A stretch of DNA of 64,000 nt, taken from NCBI GenBank assembly GCA_021372315.1, contig JAJFUT010000073.1, positions 29,677 to 93,676 on the forward strand, written 5' to 3'. Shown here piece after piece: positions 36,021-45,736 of the stretch. The translations under genes and the position numbers were made by a program. The DNA is from Methanobacteriota archaeon (GTDB taxonomy: Archaea; Thermoplasmatota; Thermoplasmata; Methanomassiliicoccales; UBA472). Position 1 is the stretch's first letter. The number at the start of each line of letters is the position of its first letter. The notes below the pieces were generated by a model. It saw only the letters and a program-made list of their open reading frames with translations. It was not told where the DNA came from and searched no databases.

Positions 36021-37202
36021 ATGAAGAACGTTCGTTCAGGCGCACTGCACTTCGAAGCGAAGAGATACCTTCCAGATGGCGTGTCAATGCCATCGTGGTC
36101 GTTCGAACCGTATCCAAATTACATCCAGGCAGGCAGGGGACCTTATGTCACCGACGTCGACGGAAACGATCTCATAGACTATCGGATGGGCTCGGGAGCG
36201 CTCATCCTAGGCCATGCAAGGCGGGAGGTCACGGAAGCGGTGAAGCAGCAGCTGGAACTTGGTGCGGTGTTCGACGCGCCCACGGAGAAGGAGCTGAAGA
36301 TGGCCAAGCTCATTGGCAGGTCCTTTCCGTCCATGGAGATGATGAGGTTCTGCGGGTCTGAGGCCGAGGCAAAGGTCCGCGGGGTCCGCGTCGCTCAAAG
36401 CTACACGGGGAGGAAGAAGGTCATGTCCATAGGAGGTGCTCTCCCGTCCGATATGTCCAGCACAGTACCTGTGCCGTTCAACGACCTCGACACGGCCGAC
36501 GATCTGATGAGGCAGGACGAGGGGGGTTTCGCGGCCGTGGCGCTCGAGCCTCTCGCCACGATCAACGGCCTCTCGCTCCCGGCCGAGGGTTATCTGCAAG
36601 GGATAAGGGACATTGCAACGGACCACGGGGCGTTGCTCATGTTCGACGAGACGACCACGGGGTTCCGTCTGGCCAAGGGCGGGGCCCAGCAGTTCTATCG
36701 CGTTGTCCCTGACATCACAGTGCTCGGAAGGACGGCTGGAGGAGGTCTTCCGTTCGGCGCGTTCGGAGCATCGAGGGAGGTCATGACGACCCGTCACGCC
36801 GGTAGGAGGTCATGCGACGCGTTCGCTGGGAACCCTCTTAGCTTAGCTGCCGGGATCGAGACGCTCAGGATCATCGGGAAGGAAGGACACGACGACACGA
36901 ACGCAAGGGGCGAGGAGCTCAGGAAAGGTATCGAGAGCGTCATCAACGAGCTGCATCTCGGTTTCCATTTCGTCGGAGAGGGGTCGATGTTCCAGCTGTT
37001 CTTGGCAAACCGTTCATTTTCTGCTGAAATCGACGCAGGGAACTGTGATCTGGACAGGTATGCAGAGCTTTCATCGATGCTGATGAACAAGGGGGTCTGC
37101 CTGACCTCATCGCAGTTCGGGACCAACTTCCTTTCGACATCCCATGATCGGTCCGTCATCGAAAGGACGGTGGATATCTTCACCGAGGCCTTGCTCGGTT
37201 AG
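36021..37202 (+). CDS. Glutamate-1-semialdehyde aminomutase (HemL)-like protein lacking the PLP lysine
   Basis: Collinear with HemL (YVTDVDGNDLIDY, FDAPTEKELKMAKL, LMFDETTTGFR, AGNPLSLAAG). Reads LGRTAGGGLP where HemL has LGKIIGGG, and lacks the GCYHGH...PxSxGVP segment. GGTGGAT SD before the ATG at 36021. Confidence 0.7.
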   Translation: MKNVRSGALHFEAKRYLPDGVSMPSWSFEPYPNYIQAGRGPYVTDVDGNDLIDYRMGSGALILGHARREVTEAVKQQLELGAVFDAPTEKELKMAKLIGRSFPSMEMMRFCGSEAEAKVRGVRVAQSYTGRKKVMSIGGALPSDMSSTVPVPFNDLDTADDLMRQDEGGFAAVALEPLATINGLSLPAEGYLQGIRDIATDHGALLMFDETTTGFRLAKGGAQQFYRVVPDITVLGRTAGGGLPFGAFGASREVMTTRHAGRRSCDAFAGNPLSLAAGIETLRIIGKEGHDDTNARGEELRKGIESVINELHLGFHFVGEGSMFQLFLANRSFSAEIDAGNCDLDRYAELSSMLMNKGVCLTSSQFGTNFLSTSHDRSVIERTVDIFTEALLG

Positions 37203-37362
37203 CATGACGATATCCATCTAGCTAGGGGGGAGGGCAAGATCGTTCGTCCTCGTTGCTATGAGAAGCACAAAAAGGAAGGACTTGACGCGCATATCGGTAT
37301 CATAACGAAGGGCCCAGAGGATTTTCTCGGAACGCCTCCGGAGTCGCCCTAGGTGATCGGTC

Positions 37363-38166
37363 ATGACCAAACTAGCGATCATGAGAATGAAGGACAATAT
37401 GACGGAATCCGTCGACCAGGCGAGGGGGATGGGATTCGACGTCATGTTCGCGTCGCCGCTCGAGCTATCGGAGATGGACACCCCAGACTTCTGGAGGTTC
37501 GTCGACGACCTGGAGGCGGACAGGGCCGGCAGGGTCCTGCTGACGAGCGCCACAGCGGTCAGGTACATGTTCGAGCTGCTCGAGAAGAAAGGGAGAGCCT
37601 CCTCCGCCTTCTCTAAGCTCAACAAACGCGGGATCATAGCGGTCGGGCCGCTCACGGCCGAGGCGGCGAAGGCCAAATGGCTAAAATCGGAGACCGTCCC
37701 TGAAAGGTTCACGTCCGATCAGCTCGCCTCGTTCCTGAAGAGCAAGGTCGCAAAGGGCGAGACGGTCTGGGTCGTCCGCTCCGACCAGGGTTCGGAGGTC
37801 GTTAGAAAGGGGCTCGAGTCCTTAGGGGCCAAGGTCGAAGAGGTACCGGTCTACACCTTGAAGAAATCCGATCAGGACAGGGCCCTGCTGGATATGTATT
37901 ACTTCACCGTGAACGGAGGCATCGACGCCTATATCTTCACGAGCCCGCTTTCCGCCAAGGCGTTCATCGAGGAGGGCGAGAAGAAGTACGGGGTAAGGGA
38001 GTTCGGAACTGCTCTCAACGATTCGATCATCGCAGCCATGGGCGAGCCTACGAAGAAGATGCTCGAGAGCATGGGCGTCGACGTGGACGTGATCTCCGGG
38101 AGCCCGAGGTTCGAGGACACGCTGAAGGCAGTGAAGCTGTACATCGAGAAAGGCACCGGACGCTGA
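37363..38166 (+). CDS. hemD: Uroporphyrinogen-III synthase
   Basis: Two-lobed HemD pattern: VLLTSATAVRYMFELL...IIAVGPLTAEAAKA...AYIFTSPLSAKAFIE...IIAAMGEPTKKMLE. Confidence 0.75.
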   Translation: MTKLAIMRMKDNMTESVDQARGMGFDVMFASPLELSEMDTPDFWRFVDDLEADRAGRVLLTSATAVRYMFELLEKKGRASSAFSKLNKRGIIAVGPLTAEAAKAKWLKSETVPERFTSDQLASFLKSKVAKGETVWVVRSDQGSEVVRKGLESLGAKVEEVPVYTLKKSDQDRALLDMYYFTVNGGIDAYIFTSPLSAKAFIEEGEKKYGVREFGTALNDSIIAAMGEPTKKMLESMGVDVDVISGSPRFEDTLKAVKLYIEKGTGR

Positions 38167-38973
38167 TCATCTCTTCAGAAGGAGTTCCAGCGATTCCTGC
38201 ACTGACATAGGAGGGCGGAACTCCTTTCCGGTCGCGTCGCGCCATTTCATCATCAGCCTGGAGAACGACGGCAGCTCTAGGCTCGCCTCCTTCAGCACTG
38301 CCTCGTCCTCGACCAGCCCGCGGAAGTCGCCGTCGTATATGACCTTCTTCTTCAGCACGATGACGCGCTGCGCAAGCTCGAAAGCGACGCTAAGGTCGTG
38401 CGTCGCCAGGACGAAACCCTGAGGGATCGATCGCAAAATGTTCACCAGGTCCCTCCTTCCCTGCGGGTCGAGGTTCGCCGTAGGCTCGTCCAGGAGCAGG
38501 GTCGGCGGGGACATTGCCAGGACGCCTGCGATCGCCACCCTCTTCTTCTCGCCGATCGACAACCTGTGAGGCACCCTGTCCCCGAAGTCGGAGATCCCAG
38601 CGAGCTCCATCGCCTTCCTGACCCTCTCCCTCACATCATCCTCGGTCAGGCCCATGTTGATCGGCCCGAACGCGACGTCCTCCCATACCGTAGGCATGAA
38701 TATCTGGTCATCAGGGTCCTGGAACAGAAGGCCGACCTTCCTCCTGACGTTCACGGCGTCCTTCTTCGTCAGCTCGGTCCCGCCTATCGTCACCTTGCCC
38801 TTGGTAGGGATGCTAAGCCCGGACATCAGGTGCAGCAGCGTGCTCTTCCCGGCCCCATTGGGACCAACGAGCGCGACATGCTCGCCTTCCTTGAGCGCGA
38901 TGCCCACGTCCTCGAGGGCATAGGGGCTCTCCAGATACCTGAACCAGACCCCCTCCAGTCGCATCACGTCCAA
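38167..38973 (-). CDS. cbiO: ECF transporter ATPase (CbiO/NikO type)
   Basis: VALVGPNGAGKSTL, LSIGEKKRVAIAGVLA, LLLDEPTANLD. Overlaps cbiQ by 10 nt. Confidence 0.9.
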   Translation of the reverse strand: MDVMRLEGVWFRYLESPYALEDVGIALKEGEHVALVGPNGAGKSTLLHLMSGLSIPTKGKVTIGGTELTKKDAVNVRRKVGLLFQDPDDQIFMPTVWEDVAFGPINMGLTEDDVRERVRKAMELAGISDFGDRVPHRLSIGEKKRVAIAGVLAMSPPTLLLDEPTANLDPQGRRDLVNILRSIPQGFVLATHDLSVAFELAQRVIVLKKKVIYDGDFRGLVEDEAVLKEASLELPSFSRLMMKWRDATGKEFRPPMSVQESLELLLKR

Positions 38974-39701
38974 TGTACCGCCTCCAGTTGCATAGATATC
39001 AGCAGGCAGCTGAAACCGATGAAGAGGAACGCGAACCCGGCATCCCTCGCCCTGACCCGAAGCTCGTCGATCGTCCTCATGTCGCCGGTGTAACCTCGTG
39101 ATAGCAGGGCGTCATAGATCTTCGTCGCCCTGACGTTCGAACGGACAAGGACCATGCCGATCGTGTACGATATCGTCTTGAACGCGCCTAGGTCGAGCAG
39201 GTTCCGACCTCCGGTGAAGCCCCTTGCCTTTCGGGCCAGCCTCATTCGTGACATCTCGTCGATGAGGAGGAAGATGAAACGGTACGTGAACAACAGAAGG
39301 TTGCAGACGATCTCCGGGACCTTGTACCATCTCAGAGCCTTTAGGGTACTGAAGAAGGGCGTCGTCGACACCATGAGCAATAACGCGAGGACGGATGCGG
39401 AGATCCTGAAGCATATCGCGACAGCGTTCTCAAGGCTTGACGTGAGGAACATCGTGATGAACGCGAAGAGTATGAACGGAAAGGCGAGGATGAAGTTACT
39501 GACCATATGTCTCATCGGAACGCCCGACGCTTCGACCAGGACCATCGTGAAGACGAGCGCGAGGTACAGGGCGGTCAGGTCCCTCAGCATCGCCACGACG
39601 CATATGAAGAAGATGGTGCAGGCCAGCTTGACCCTCGGGTCGAAACGGAAGAACCGCGAACCCTTGGCGAAACGGTCCACCTCATCATGTTCGAAACCCA
39701 T
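38964..39701 (-). CDS. cbiQ: ECF transporter transmembrane (T) component CbiQ
   Basis: FRFDPRVKL..., and MRLARKARGF, which I read as the CbiQ/EcfT coupling-helix region. Five to six TM segments. Confidence 0.85.
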   Translation of the reverse strand: MGFEHDEVDRFAKGSRFFRFDPRVKLACTIFFICVVAMLRDLTALYLALVFTMVLVEASGVPMRHMVSNFILAFPFILFAFITMFLTSSLENAVAICFRISASVLALLLMVSTTPFFSTLKALRWYKVPEIVCNLLLFTYRFIFLLIDEMSRMRLARKARGFTGGRNLLDLGAFKTISYTIGMVLVRSNVRATKIYDALLSRGYTGDMRTIDELRVRARDAGFAFLFIGFSCLLISMQLEAVHWT

Positions 39702-39712
39702 CCAGGACCTCC

Positions 39713-40009
39713 TTAGTTCGTCTTCTTGTTCTTCCTGCTCCGGAGCACTAGGATGTATCCGGTCATGACGACCATGACGATGAGGAATCCGAGTATTCCC
39801 ATCAGCAGGCTCGAGGAGTAGTTCTCCCCGTAATCGAACGGAGCCTCCCAGACTGGCTCGCCCTCGCTGACGCCATTGTCCTCCATCGTCCTCTCTAGGC
39901 CGTCCCCGTACATCGCCGAGAACGCGTAGAATCCCACGAGGCCGATGGCGAAGACGATGACGAGTGCGATGACCGCCTTCAGGTATTTCCTCTCGATCAG
40001 AGCATCACC
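39713..40009 (-). CDS. PDGLE-domain small membrane protein (takes the CbiN position); start codon unresolved
   Basis: TM - YGDGLERTMEDNG... - TM architecture with the GDGLE motif. No ATG/GTG/TTG lies in frame between the cbiM stop and the first TM helix. The long track ORF 39713..40387 is an artefactual extension through cbiM. Confidence 0.6.
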   Translation of the reverse strand, partial: GDALIERKYLKAVIALVIVFAIGLVGFYAFSAMYGDGLERTMEDNGVSEGEPVWEAPFDYGENYSSSLLMGILGFLIVMVVMTGYILVLRSRKNKKTN

Positions 40010-40668
40010 TCGGGTTTCGGTTCGGCCTTCCCGAGCTGCATCGTGAGCATCTCCGGCGCGATCTTCGCGAGGAAGCTTATCACGCCCATCGTGATCAGCC
40101 CTTCGCCGACGCCGATGACCGCGTGCCATCCGAGCATCGTCGGTATCGCGACGATGCCATTGATGCCGTACGCTCCGTTGGATAGCGTGAAGCTGAGGGC
40201 GAGCGCCATTGCGCATGCCGATGCCGCTAGAACTATCGCGAACCACGATGCCGCGAAGGAGGTGGCGGAACGGGCCTTCCCGTTGGCCAATCTGATGATG
40301 ACGGCTGAAGCGAATGGAGCGACGACCGCCATGTTCAGAAGGTTCAGCCCCAGTGCGGTGATCCCGCCATCTCCGAAGACCAGGCATTGGATTACAAGGA
40401 TGACGGTCATCACAACTATCGAGCCGTATACCCCTAGCAACATGACGGCGAGTGTGGCTCCGACCAGATGCCCCGTGGTGCCTCCCCCGACGGGGAAATT
40501 GAGCATCTGGGCAACGAAGATGCCCGCGGCAAGAATGGCCATGAACGGCACCTTACTCTCATCCACGGTCCTGTTGACCTTCGATACCGCAAAAGCTATG
40601 ACTGGAAGGGCTATCGCCCATCCCGCGAACAAGATCATCGGGTCCATCAGGCCATCCGGTATGTGCAT
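39997..40668 (-). CDS. cbiM: Cobalt/nickel ECF substrate-capture component CbiM/NikM
   Basis: N-terminal MHIPDG (metal-ligating MH) followed by FPVGGGTTGHLVG. Confidence 0.9.
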   Translation of the reverse strand: MHIPDGLMDPMILFAGWAIALPVIAFAVSKVNRTVDESKVPFMAILAAGIFVAQMLNFPVGGGTTGHLVGATLAVMLLGVYGSIVVMTVILVIQCLVFGDGGITALGLNLLNMAVVAPFASAVIIRLANGKARSATSFAASWFAIVLAASACAMALALSFTLSNGAYGINGIVAIPTMLGWHAVIGVGEGLITMGVISFLAKIAPEMLTMQLGKAEPKPEVML

Positions 40669-40779
40669 TTGGCGATTCTCCCAAAAGTTGCGCTTCTTAG
40701 GAGAATGCTAAGGACCGAGGGGATATATGAATATTACGAAATCATAAAAAGTGTTACGAAAGGTGTTTGGCCTTACGCG

Positions 40780-41568
40780 TCACTTGCAGGCCTCTCTCAG
40801 GCCTCTCACGAACGACGCCACCTTCTCGGGGCCATCTCCCTCGACCACCTTCTTGAGTATGGAGCTTCCGATGATCACGCCGTCGGCCCCGAACTCGACG
40901 AGCCTCTTCACATGAGAAGGGGAGGAAATGCCGAATCCGACGGCGACGGGCATATCGCCGGCCGCGGTCTTGGCCCTCTTGATGAGCAGCTCGACGTCGT
41001 CGCTCATCTCCTTCGACTGCCCCGTGGTCCCGAGCCTGCTGACCAGGTAAAGATATCCCGAGGTCGCCTCGGCCAATTCCCGCATCCTCTCGTCCCCGGA
41101 CGTAGGCGCGGCGAGCTGGATCAGATCGACTTGCCTTTTCCTGCAATGCTTCATCAGGTCCTTCGATTCCTCGAGCGATAGGTCGGCGACTATGAGCCCG
41201 TCGACCCCGCTCTCGGCGGCCCTCTTCACGAACTCGGCCTCGCCGATCTGGAATATAGGATTGTAGTAGCCCATCAGGACGACCGGCACCTTGGTCGACC
41301 GCCTCAGCTCCTTTACGAGATCGAGCACGTTTCCAGGCCTCATGCCGTTCTTCAGTGCTGCCGCGGACGTCGCCTGGATGACCGGACCGTCCGCCAAAGG
41401 GTCCGTGAACGGCACGCCGATCTCGAGAACATCGGCCCCGGCCTTGACGCAAGACAGCATGTACTCGAGCGAACTTTCGCGGTCGGGATATCCGGCCGTG
41501 AGATAGACGACCAGCGCGCACCTCCCTTCGGACCTTGCCTTCTTGAACGCATTCCGTATCTCGCTCAT
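40780..41568 (-). CDS. trpA: Tryptophan synthase alpha chain
   Basis: [10 protein letters not shown]...[18 protein letters not shown]...GFGIS. Confidence 0.95.
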   Translation of the reverse strand: MSEIRNAFKKARSEGRCALVVYLTAGYPDRESSLEYMLSCVKAGADVLEIGVPFTDPLADGPVIQATSAAALKNGMRPGNVLDLVKELRRSTKVPVVLMGYYNPIFQIGEAEFVKRAAESGVDGLIVADLSLEESKDLMKHCRKRQVDLIQLAAPTSGDERMRELAEATSGYLYLVSRLGTTGQSKEMSDDVELLIKRAKTAAGDMPVAVGFGISSPSHVKRLVEFGADGVIIGSSILKKVVEGDGPEKVASFVRGLREACK

Positions 41569-42743
41569 CTTATCAGCCCCAGCCCGTGAACCGTCTCAAG
41601 GTCCTTGTCCCCGCGTCCAGATATCGTGATGACGACGATCTCGTCCTTCCTCATCTCCCTGGCCCTCTGCATCGCCGCATAGACCGCATGTGACGATTCC
41701 AGGGCCGGGATGATGCCTTCGAGCCTCGACAGCGTGACGAACGCCTCGAGCGCCTGTTCGTCCGTGACACCGATGTACTCTGCCCTCCTGACATCCTTCA
41801 GGAACGAATGCTCCGGCCCGACTCCGGGATAATCGAGGCCGGCCGCGATGCTGTGAGCTTCGTTTATCATCCCGTCCTTGTCCTGAAGGAGGTATGACTT
41901 GCTTCCCTGGAACACGCCTATGGTGCCTGCCGACAGCGTCGCGGAATGCTTTCCAGTCGCTATCCCGCAGCCGGCAGCCTCAGCGCCTAGCATTCGAACG
42001 GTCTTGTCCTTGAGGAACGGATGGAACGTGCCGATAGCGTTGGACCCGCCGCCTACGCACGCGACGAGCAGGTCTGGTAACCTTCCCTCCTGCTCCTTGA
42101 GCTGCGCCCTTATCTCCTTCCCGATGACGCTCTGAAGGTCCCTAACGATCATAGGATAGGGATGAGGTCCTGCGGCCGTGCCGAAAAGATAGAACGTGTT
42201 CTCCACGCTCGCGACCCAGTCCCTGAACGCCTCGTTGATCGCGTCCTTCAATGTCCTCGAACCGATCTGCACCTCGTTGACCTTGGCGCCCATGAGCCTC
42301 ATGCGGAAGACGTTCATCCTCTGGCGCTTGACGTCCTCGGCCCCCATGTAGATCTCGCACTCCATCCCAAGGACCGCCGCGGCCATCGCCGTGGCTGTGC
42401 CGTGCTGCCCGGCGCCCGTCTCGGCGATGAGCCTCGTCTTGCCCATTCGCTTTGCCAGCAGGGCCTGCCCCATGACGTTGTTGAACTTGTGCGCCCCGCC
42501 GTGGCAGAGGTCCTCCCTCTTCAGGTAGATCTTCGCCCCGCCGCACATCTCCGTCAGCCGCCTGGCGAAGTACAAGGGGGTCTCCCTGCCGCCGTAATTG
42601 ACATGGTACCAGCGGAGCTCTTCCTGGAACCTCTTGTCGTTCTTGCTGAGCATATATTCCGTTTCCAGCTCCTCGAGGGCGTGCATGAGCACCTCCGGCA
42701 CGTACTGCCCTCCGAACTCTCCGTACCTTCCCTTTCCCGACAT
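41565..42743 (-). CDS. trpB: Tryptophan synthase beta chain
   Basis: [11 protein letters not shown]..., [16 protein letters not shown] (PLP Lys), GGGSNAIG. Confidence 0.95.
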   Translation of the reverse strand: MSGKGRYGEFGGQYVPEVLMHALEELETEYMLSKNDKRFQEELRWYHVNYGGRETPLYFARRLTEMCGGAKIYLKREDLCHGGAHKFNNVMGQALLAKRMGKTRLIAETGAGQHGTATAMAAAVLGMECEIYMGAEDVKRQRMNVFRMRLMGAKVNEVQIGSRTLKDAINEAFRDWVASVENTFYLFGTAAGPHPYPMIVRDLQSVIGKEIRAQLKEQEGRLPDLLVACVGGGSNAIGTFHPFLKDKTVRMLGAEAAGCGIATGKHSATLSAGTIGVFQGSKSYLLQDKDGMINEAHSIAAGLDYPGVGPEHSFLKDVRRAEYIGVTDEQALEAFVTLSRLEGIIPALESSHAVYAAMQRAREMRKDEIVVITISGRGDKDLETVHGLGLIR

Positions 42744-42758
42744 CCTAGCACCTTTCCA

Positions 42759-43379
42759 TCATTTCTTCCGTGCGTTCTCGATGAACCTATCGATCAGTGC
42801 AGCGCTCTTCACGCCGTTCTCCTCGACCCCCGAGGAGACGTCCACCACGTCCGGGTGGACCGTCGATATCGCCATCCCTACGTTATCCGGATCAAGACCC
42901 CCGGCCAGGACGCATTTGGTCGGCCTGAGGAACTGAGCTATAGAGGCGCTGACGTTCCAGTCATGCGTTTCACCGGAACCGCCTCCCTGGACCGATGGCG
43001 TGTCGAGAACGACCTTGTCGGTGAACCTCCTGAGGTCCCTCAGGGTCTGCGCCGTAACGTTCTTCATGACGGGCAGGAGCAGCCACAGCTCGCAACTGAG
43101 CGATTCTCTCAATCTCACCATCTCATCCACGCTGAACCTTGAATGGACCTGTACTACGTCAGGGTGCAGTTCGTTCACGAGATCGATGATCGCATCGACA
43201 TTCCGGATCGTCGTCACGACGACCTTCCTCCGATCCGTCAAGGCCATGAGCGTCCTTGCCCTCGCCACGGTCAGGCATCGCCTCGAATCGGTCATCAGGA
43301 CGAATCCCAGATAATCAGCTTCCGAGGCCGAGGCGACATCGGCTTCGCTCATGATCCCGCAGATCTTCACATCGGTCAT
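42759..43379 (-). CDS. trpF: N-(5'-phosphoribosyl)anthranilate isomerase
   Basis: MTDVKICGI...ADYLGFV...LAGGL. The ATG at 43379 overlaps the trpC stop. The longer ORF to 43463 is rejected. Confidence 0.85.
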   Translation of the reverse strand: MTDVKICGIMSEADVASASEADYLGFVLMTDSRRCLTVARARTLMALTDRRKVVVTTIRNVDAIIDLVNELHPDVVQVHSRFSVDEMVRLRESLSCELWLLLPVMKNVTAQTLRDLRRFTDKVVLDTPSVQGGGSGETHDWNVSASIAQFLRPTKCVLAGGLDPDNVGMAISTVHPDVVDVSSGVEENGVKSAALIDRFIENARKK

Positions 43380-44167
43380 CTGTCGACCGCCAGCTGGATC
43401 AGCCTCGTCTTCGGGCTGTTGTTGGACGACAGCTCCGTCCCTATCAGGACGGCGTCCGCCCACGCATCCCTGAGGTCCATGATCTCCCGTTTAGTGCTAA
43501 TTCCGCTCAAAATGACTATCTGGCGGTCATCGCGGCCGACCATCGGGAGGAGCTTCATCGCGTGTCCCTTGACGACGTTCAGCGTATGAAGGTCCCTTTG
43601 ATTGATCCCGATCATGTCGGCCTCGCTGTCCATGATCTTCTTGAGCTCCCATTCATCGTGCCCTTCGAGGAGGACCTCCAGCCCGAGCCCGTGGGCCTGG
43701 GCTATCAAGGAGTCCCTCAGTTCCTTACCTCCCTCGATGTCGAAGATGCCCTGGATCAGAAGCACCGCGCTTGCCCCGAACCTCTTCGCCGCCTCCAACT
43801 GCTGGTCCGATACGATGAAGTCCTTCATCATGACCGGGATGTCCGGGTCTCTGACGGACTCGAGTATCGTCAAGCTGCCTTCGAAGCAGGTCGGTTCAGT
43901 GAGTATCGACAGCCCCGCAGCTCCTCCTGTGATGTAATCATCGACGAGGTCCCTGGCGCTCGTCTGCGATATCGTGCCTCGCTGAGGCGTCGCGAGCTTC
44001 ACCTCGGCGATTATAGGAAAATCGTGTGATACTCTGATGCCGTACGTGAGCTCGGGATGCTCTGGAACGGCGATCCTCGGCCTCGCGTTGTAATAACCGG
44101 ACGCCACCAGCTCCTTCGCCCTGCGGATCTGGACCTTGAGGAAATCATTCTCGCTTTCCACTTTCAA
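43376..44167 (-). CDS. trpC: Indole-3-glycerol-phosphate synthase
   Basis: IIAEVKLATP..., MMKDFIV, IGINQRDL, SGIST motifs. Confidence 0.9.
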   Translation of the reverse strand: MKVESENDFLKVQIRRAKELVASGYYNARPRIAVPEHPELTYGIRVSHDFPIIAEVKLATPQRGTISQTSARDLVDDYITGGAAGLSILTEPTCFEGSLTILESVRDPDIPVMMKDFIVSDQQLEAAKRFGASAVLLIQGIFDIEGGKELRDSLIAQAHGLGLEVLLEGHDEWELKKIMDSEADMIGINQRDLHTLNVVKGHAMKLLPMVGRDDRQIVILSGISTKREIMDLRDAWADAVLIGTELSSNNSPKTRLIQLAVDR

Positions 44168-45164
44168 TACCCCCTGCGGACAATATCCTATCGAGCTGAC
44201 CGGAAGCTTTCCCCGACCTCATCGCCTTTTCTGCCATGTCCACGCCGGACCCTATCGTCTTCGTGAGCCCGAACGCGTAAAGGCCGAAGGCGGCGTTCAG
44301 CTTGACCATGTCGGACCGGCCTGGCATAGAGCCATCGAGTATATCCCTGGCCATCGAGGCCGCCTCGAGAGGCGTCAGCTCCCCGACGTCCATGGGCGAC
44401 GGCGCCTCGATTCCTAACGCCCTCGGGTCTATTTGATACTTCGATTCACCGTCTATCCCGACCTCGACGACATCCGTCGGGCCGAGCGTCGATACCTCGT
44501 CCATGCCTGGCGCGCCGTGGACGACCAACCCCCTTTCGATCCCGAGGGCGAAGAGGGAATCCCCGACGACGTCCAACGATCGGACGTCTGGGACGCCTAT
44601 CAATTGGCGTTTGACCGCGCTTACAGGGTTCAGCAAAGGGCCCAGGATGTTGAAGACCGTCCTTTTGCCGATGTCCTTCCTGACAGGGGCGACATGACGC
44701 ATCGCCGGATGGTAACTGGGCGCGTAGAGGAACGTGAACCCGATGTCGTCCAGCATCATCTTGGCCCTTTCCTTCCCGATATGGATGTCGAATCCCAGCG
44801 CCTCCATGAGATCGGCGCTGCCGCACTTTCCGTTGCTTGAGCGGTTCCCGTGCTTCGCGACAGGCACGCCCAGCGATGAGACGACGACCGACGCGAGAGT
44901 GGAGACGTTGAAGGTCCTGAACCCCGCTCCTCCGGTGCCGCACATGTCGAGGACCGCTTCGTGCCTGGTGCAGACCTTGACCGACGCGTCCATGAACGGC
45001 GCGGCGAAGGCCATCAGGTCCTCGGCGGTCTCTCCCCTCTCCGCGATCCCGATAAGTACGGCCTTGACGAGGGCGTCGTCCGCCATGCCCATCGAGATCG
45101 ACCGTGCGAGCGAGGATATCGTCATCCTTTCCATCTGAGCCTGGTGCGCCATCATGCCATTCAC
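44145..45164 (-). CDS. trpD: Anthranilate phosphoribosyltransferase
   Basis: DMCGTGGAGFRTFNVST...VAKHGNRSSNGKCGSADLMEALG. Confidence 0.95.
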   Translation of the reverse strand: MNGMMAHQAQMERMTISSLARSISMGMADDALVKAVLIGIAERGETAEDLMAFAAPFMDASVKVCTRHEAVLDMCGTGGAGFRTFNVSTLASVVVSSLGVPVAKHGNRSSNGKCGSADLMEALGFDIHIGKERAKMMLDDIGFTFLYAPSYHPAMRHVAPVRKDIGKRTVFNILGPLLNPVSAVKRQLIGVPDVRSLDVVGDSLFALGIERGLVVHGAPGMDEVSTLGPTDVVEVGIDGESKYQIDPRALGIEAPSPMDVGELTPLEAASMARDILDGSMPGRSDMVKLNAAFGLYAFGLTKTIGSGVDMAEKAMRSGKASGQLDRILSAGGIESGKRE

Positions 45165-45736
45165 CTCGACATCCTGATGAAGTTGGCGAGCACGTCCTTG
45201 CCCTTCGGGGTGAGCACCGATTCGGGGTGGAACTGGACCCCGTGGATCGGATACTTCCTGTGCCTTATCGCCATGATCTCGCCGTCCTTCGTCTTGGCGA
45301 CCGCCTCCAGCTCTGAAGACAGGTCCCTTACCACTAGCGAATGGTACCTTCCGACGAGCATCGGGTTATCGAGGCCTTCGAACAATCCTTCGCCATCGTG
45401 ATCGATCAGGGACGCCTTGCCGTGCACGGGCACATCGATCCTGGCTATCTTCGACCCGTAGAGGGCGGCGATGCCCTGATGGCCGAGACAGACGCCGAGC
45501 GTCGGGACCTCGGGCGAAAGCTCGAGCAGGACGTCCTTGCAGATGCCGAAGTCCCTTCCGTTCAATGGATGGCCCGGACCAGGTGATACGACGATCGCGT
45601 TGGGGTCGAACCTCTTGATCTCTTCAAGGCCGATCGCGTCGTTCCTCTTCACGGCGCAATCGACGCCCAGCTCGCCCAGGGCCTGTTTGAGATTGTATAC
45701 GAACGAATCGTAGTTATCGAGCAGAAGGAGCTTCAT
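45161..45736 (-). CDS. trpG: Anthranilate synthase component II (glutamine amidotransferase)
   Basis: MKLLLLDNYDSFVYNL...SPGPG...LGVCLGHQ...VQFHPES. The upstream 111 aa of the track ORF are R-rich and overlap trpE, so they are rejected. Confidence 0.9.
   Translation of the reverse strand: MKLLLLDNYDSFVYNLKQALGELGVDCAVKRNDAIGLEEIKRFDPNAIVVSPGPGHPLNGRDFGICKDVLLELSPEVPTLGVCLGHQGIAALYGSKIARIDVPVHGKASLIDHDGEGLFEGLDNPMLVGRYHSLVVRDLSSELEAVAKTKDGEIMAIRHRKYPIHGVQFHPESVLTPKGKDVLANFIRMSR

Noticed and set aside
35567-36361. 264-aa plus-strand ORF bridging the cbiA 5' end, the intergenic region and the hemL-like 5' end
   Set aside because: It is out of frame with both real genes, has R/H/S-rich composition, and crosses a divergent promoter region.
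40754-41521. 255-aa minus-strand ORF in an alternative frame of trpA
   Set aside because: It is extremely Arg/Gly/Glu rich. The trpA frame carries the canonical tryptophan synthase alpha motifs.
42162-43142. 326-aa plus-strand ORF opposite trpB/trpF. The same pattern applies to 46105..46998 opposite trpE.
   Set aside because: These are antisense to canonical trp genes with typical antisense composition.
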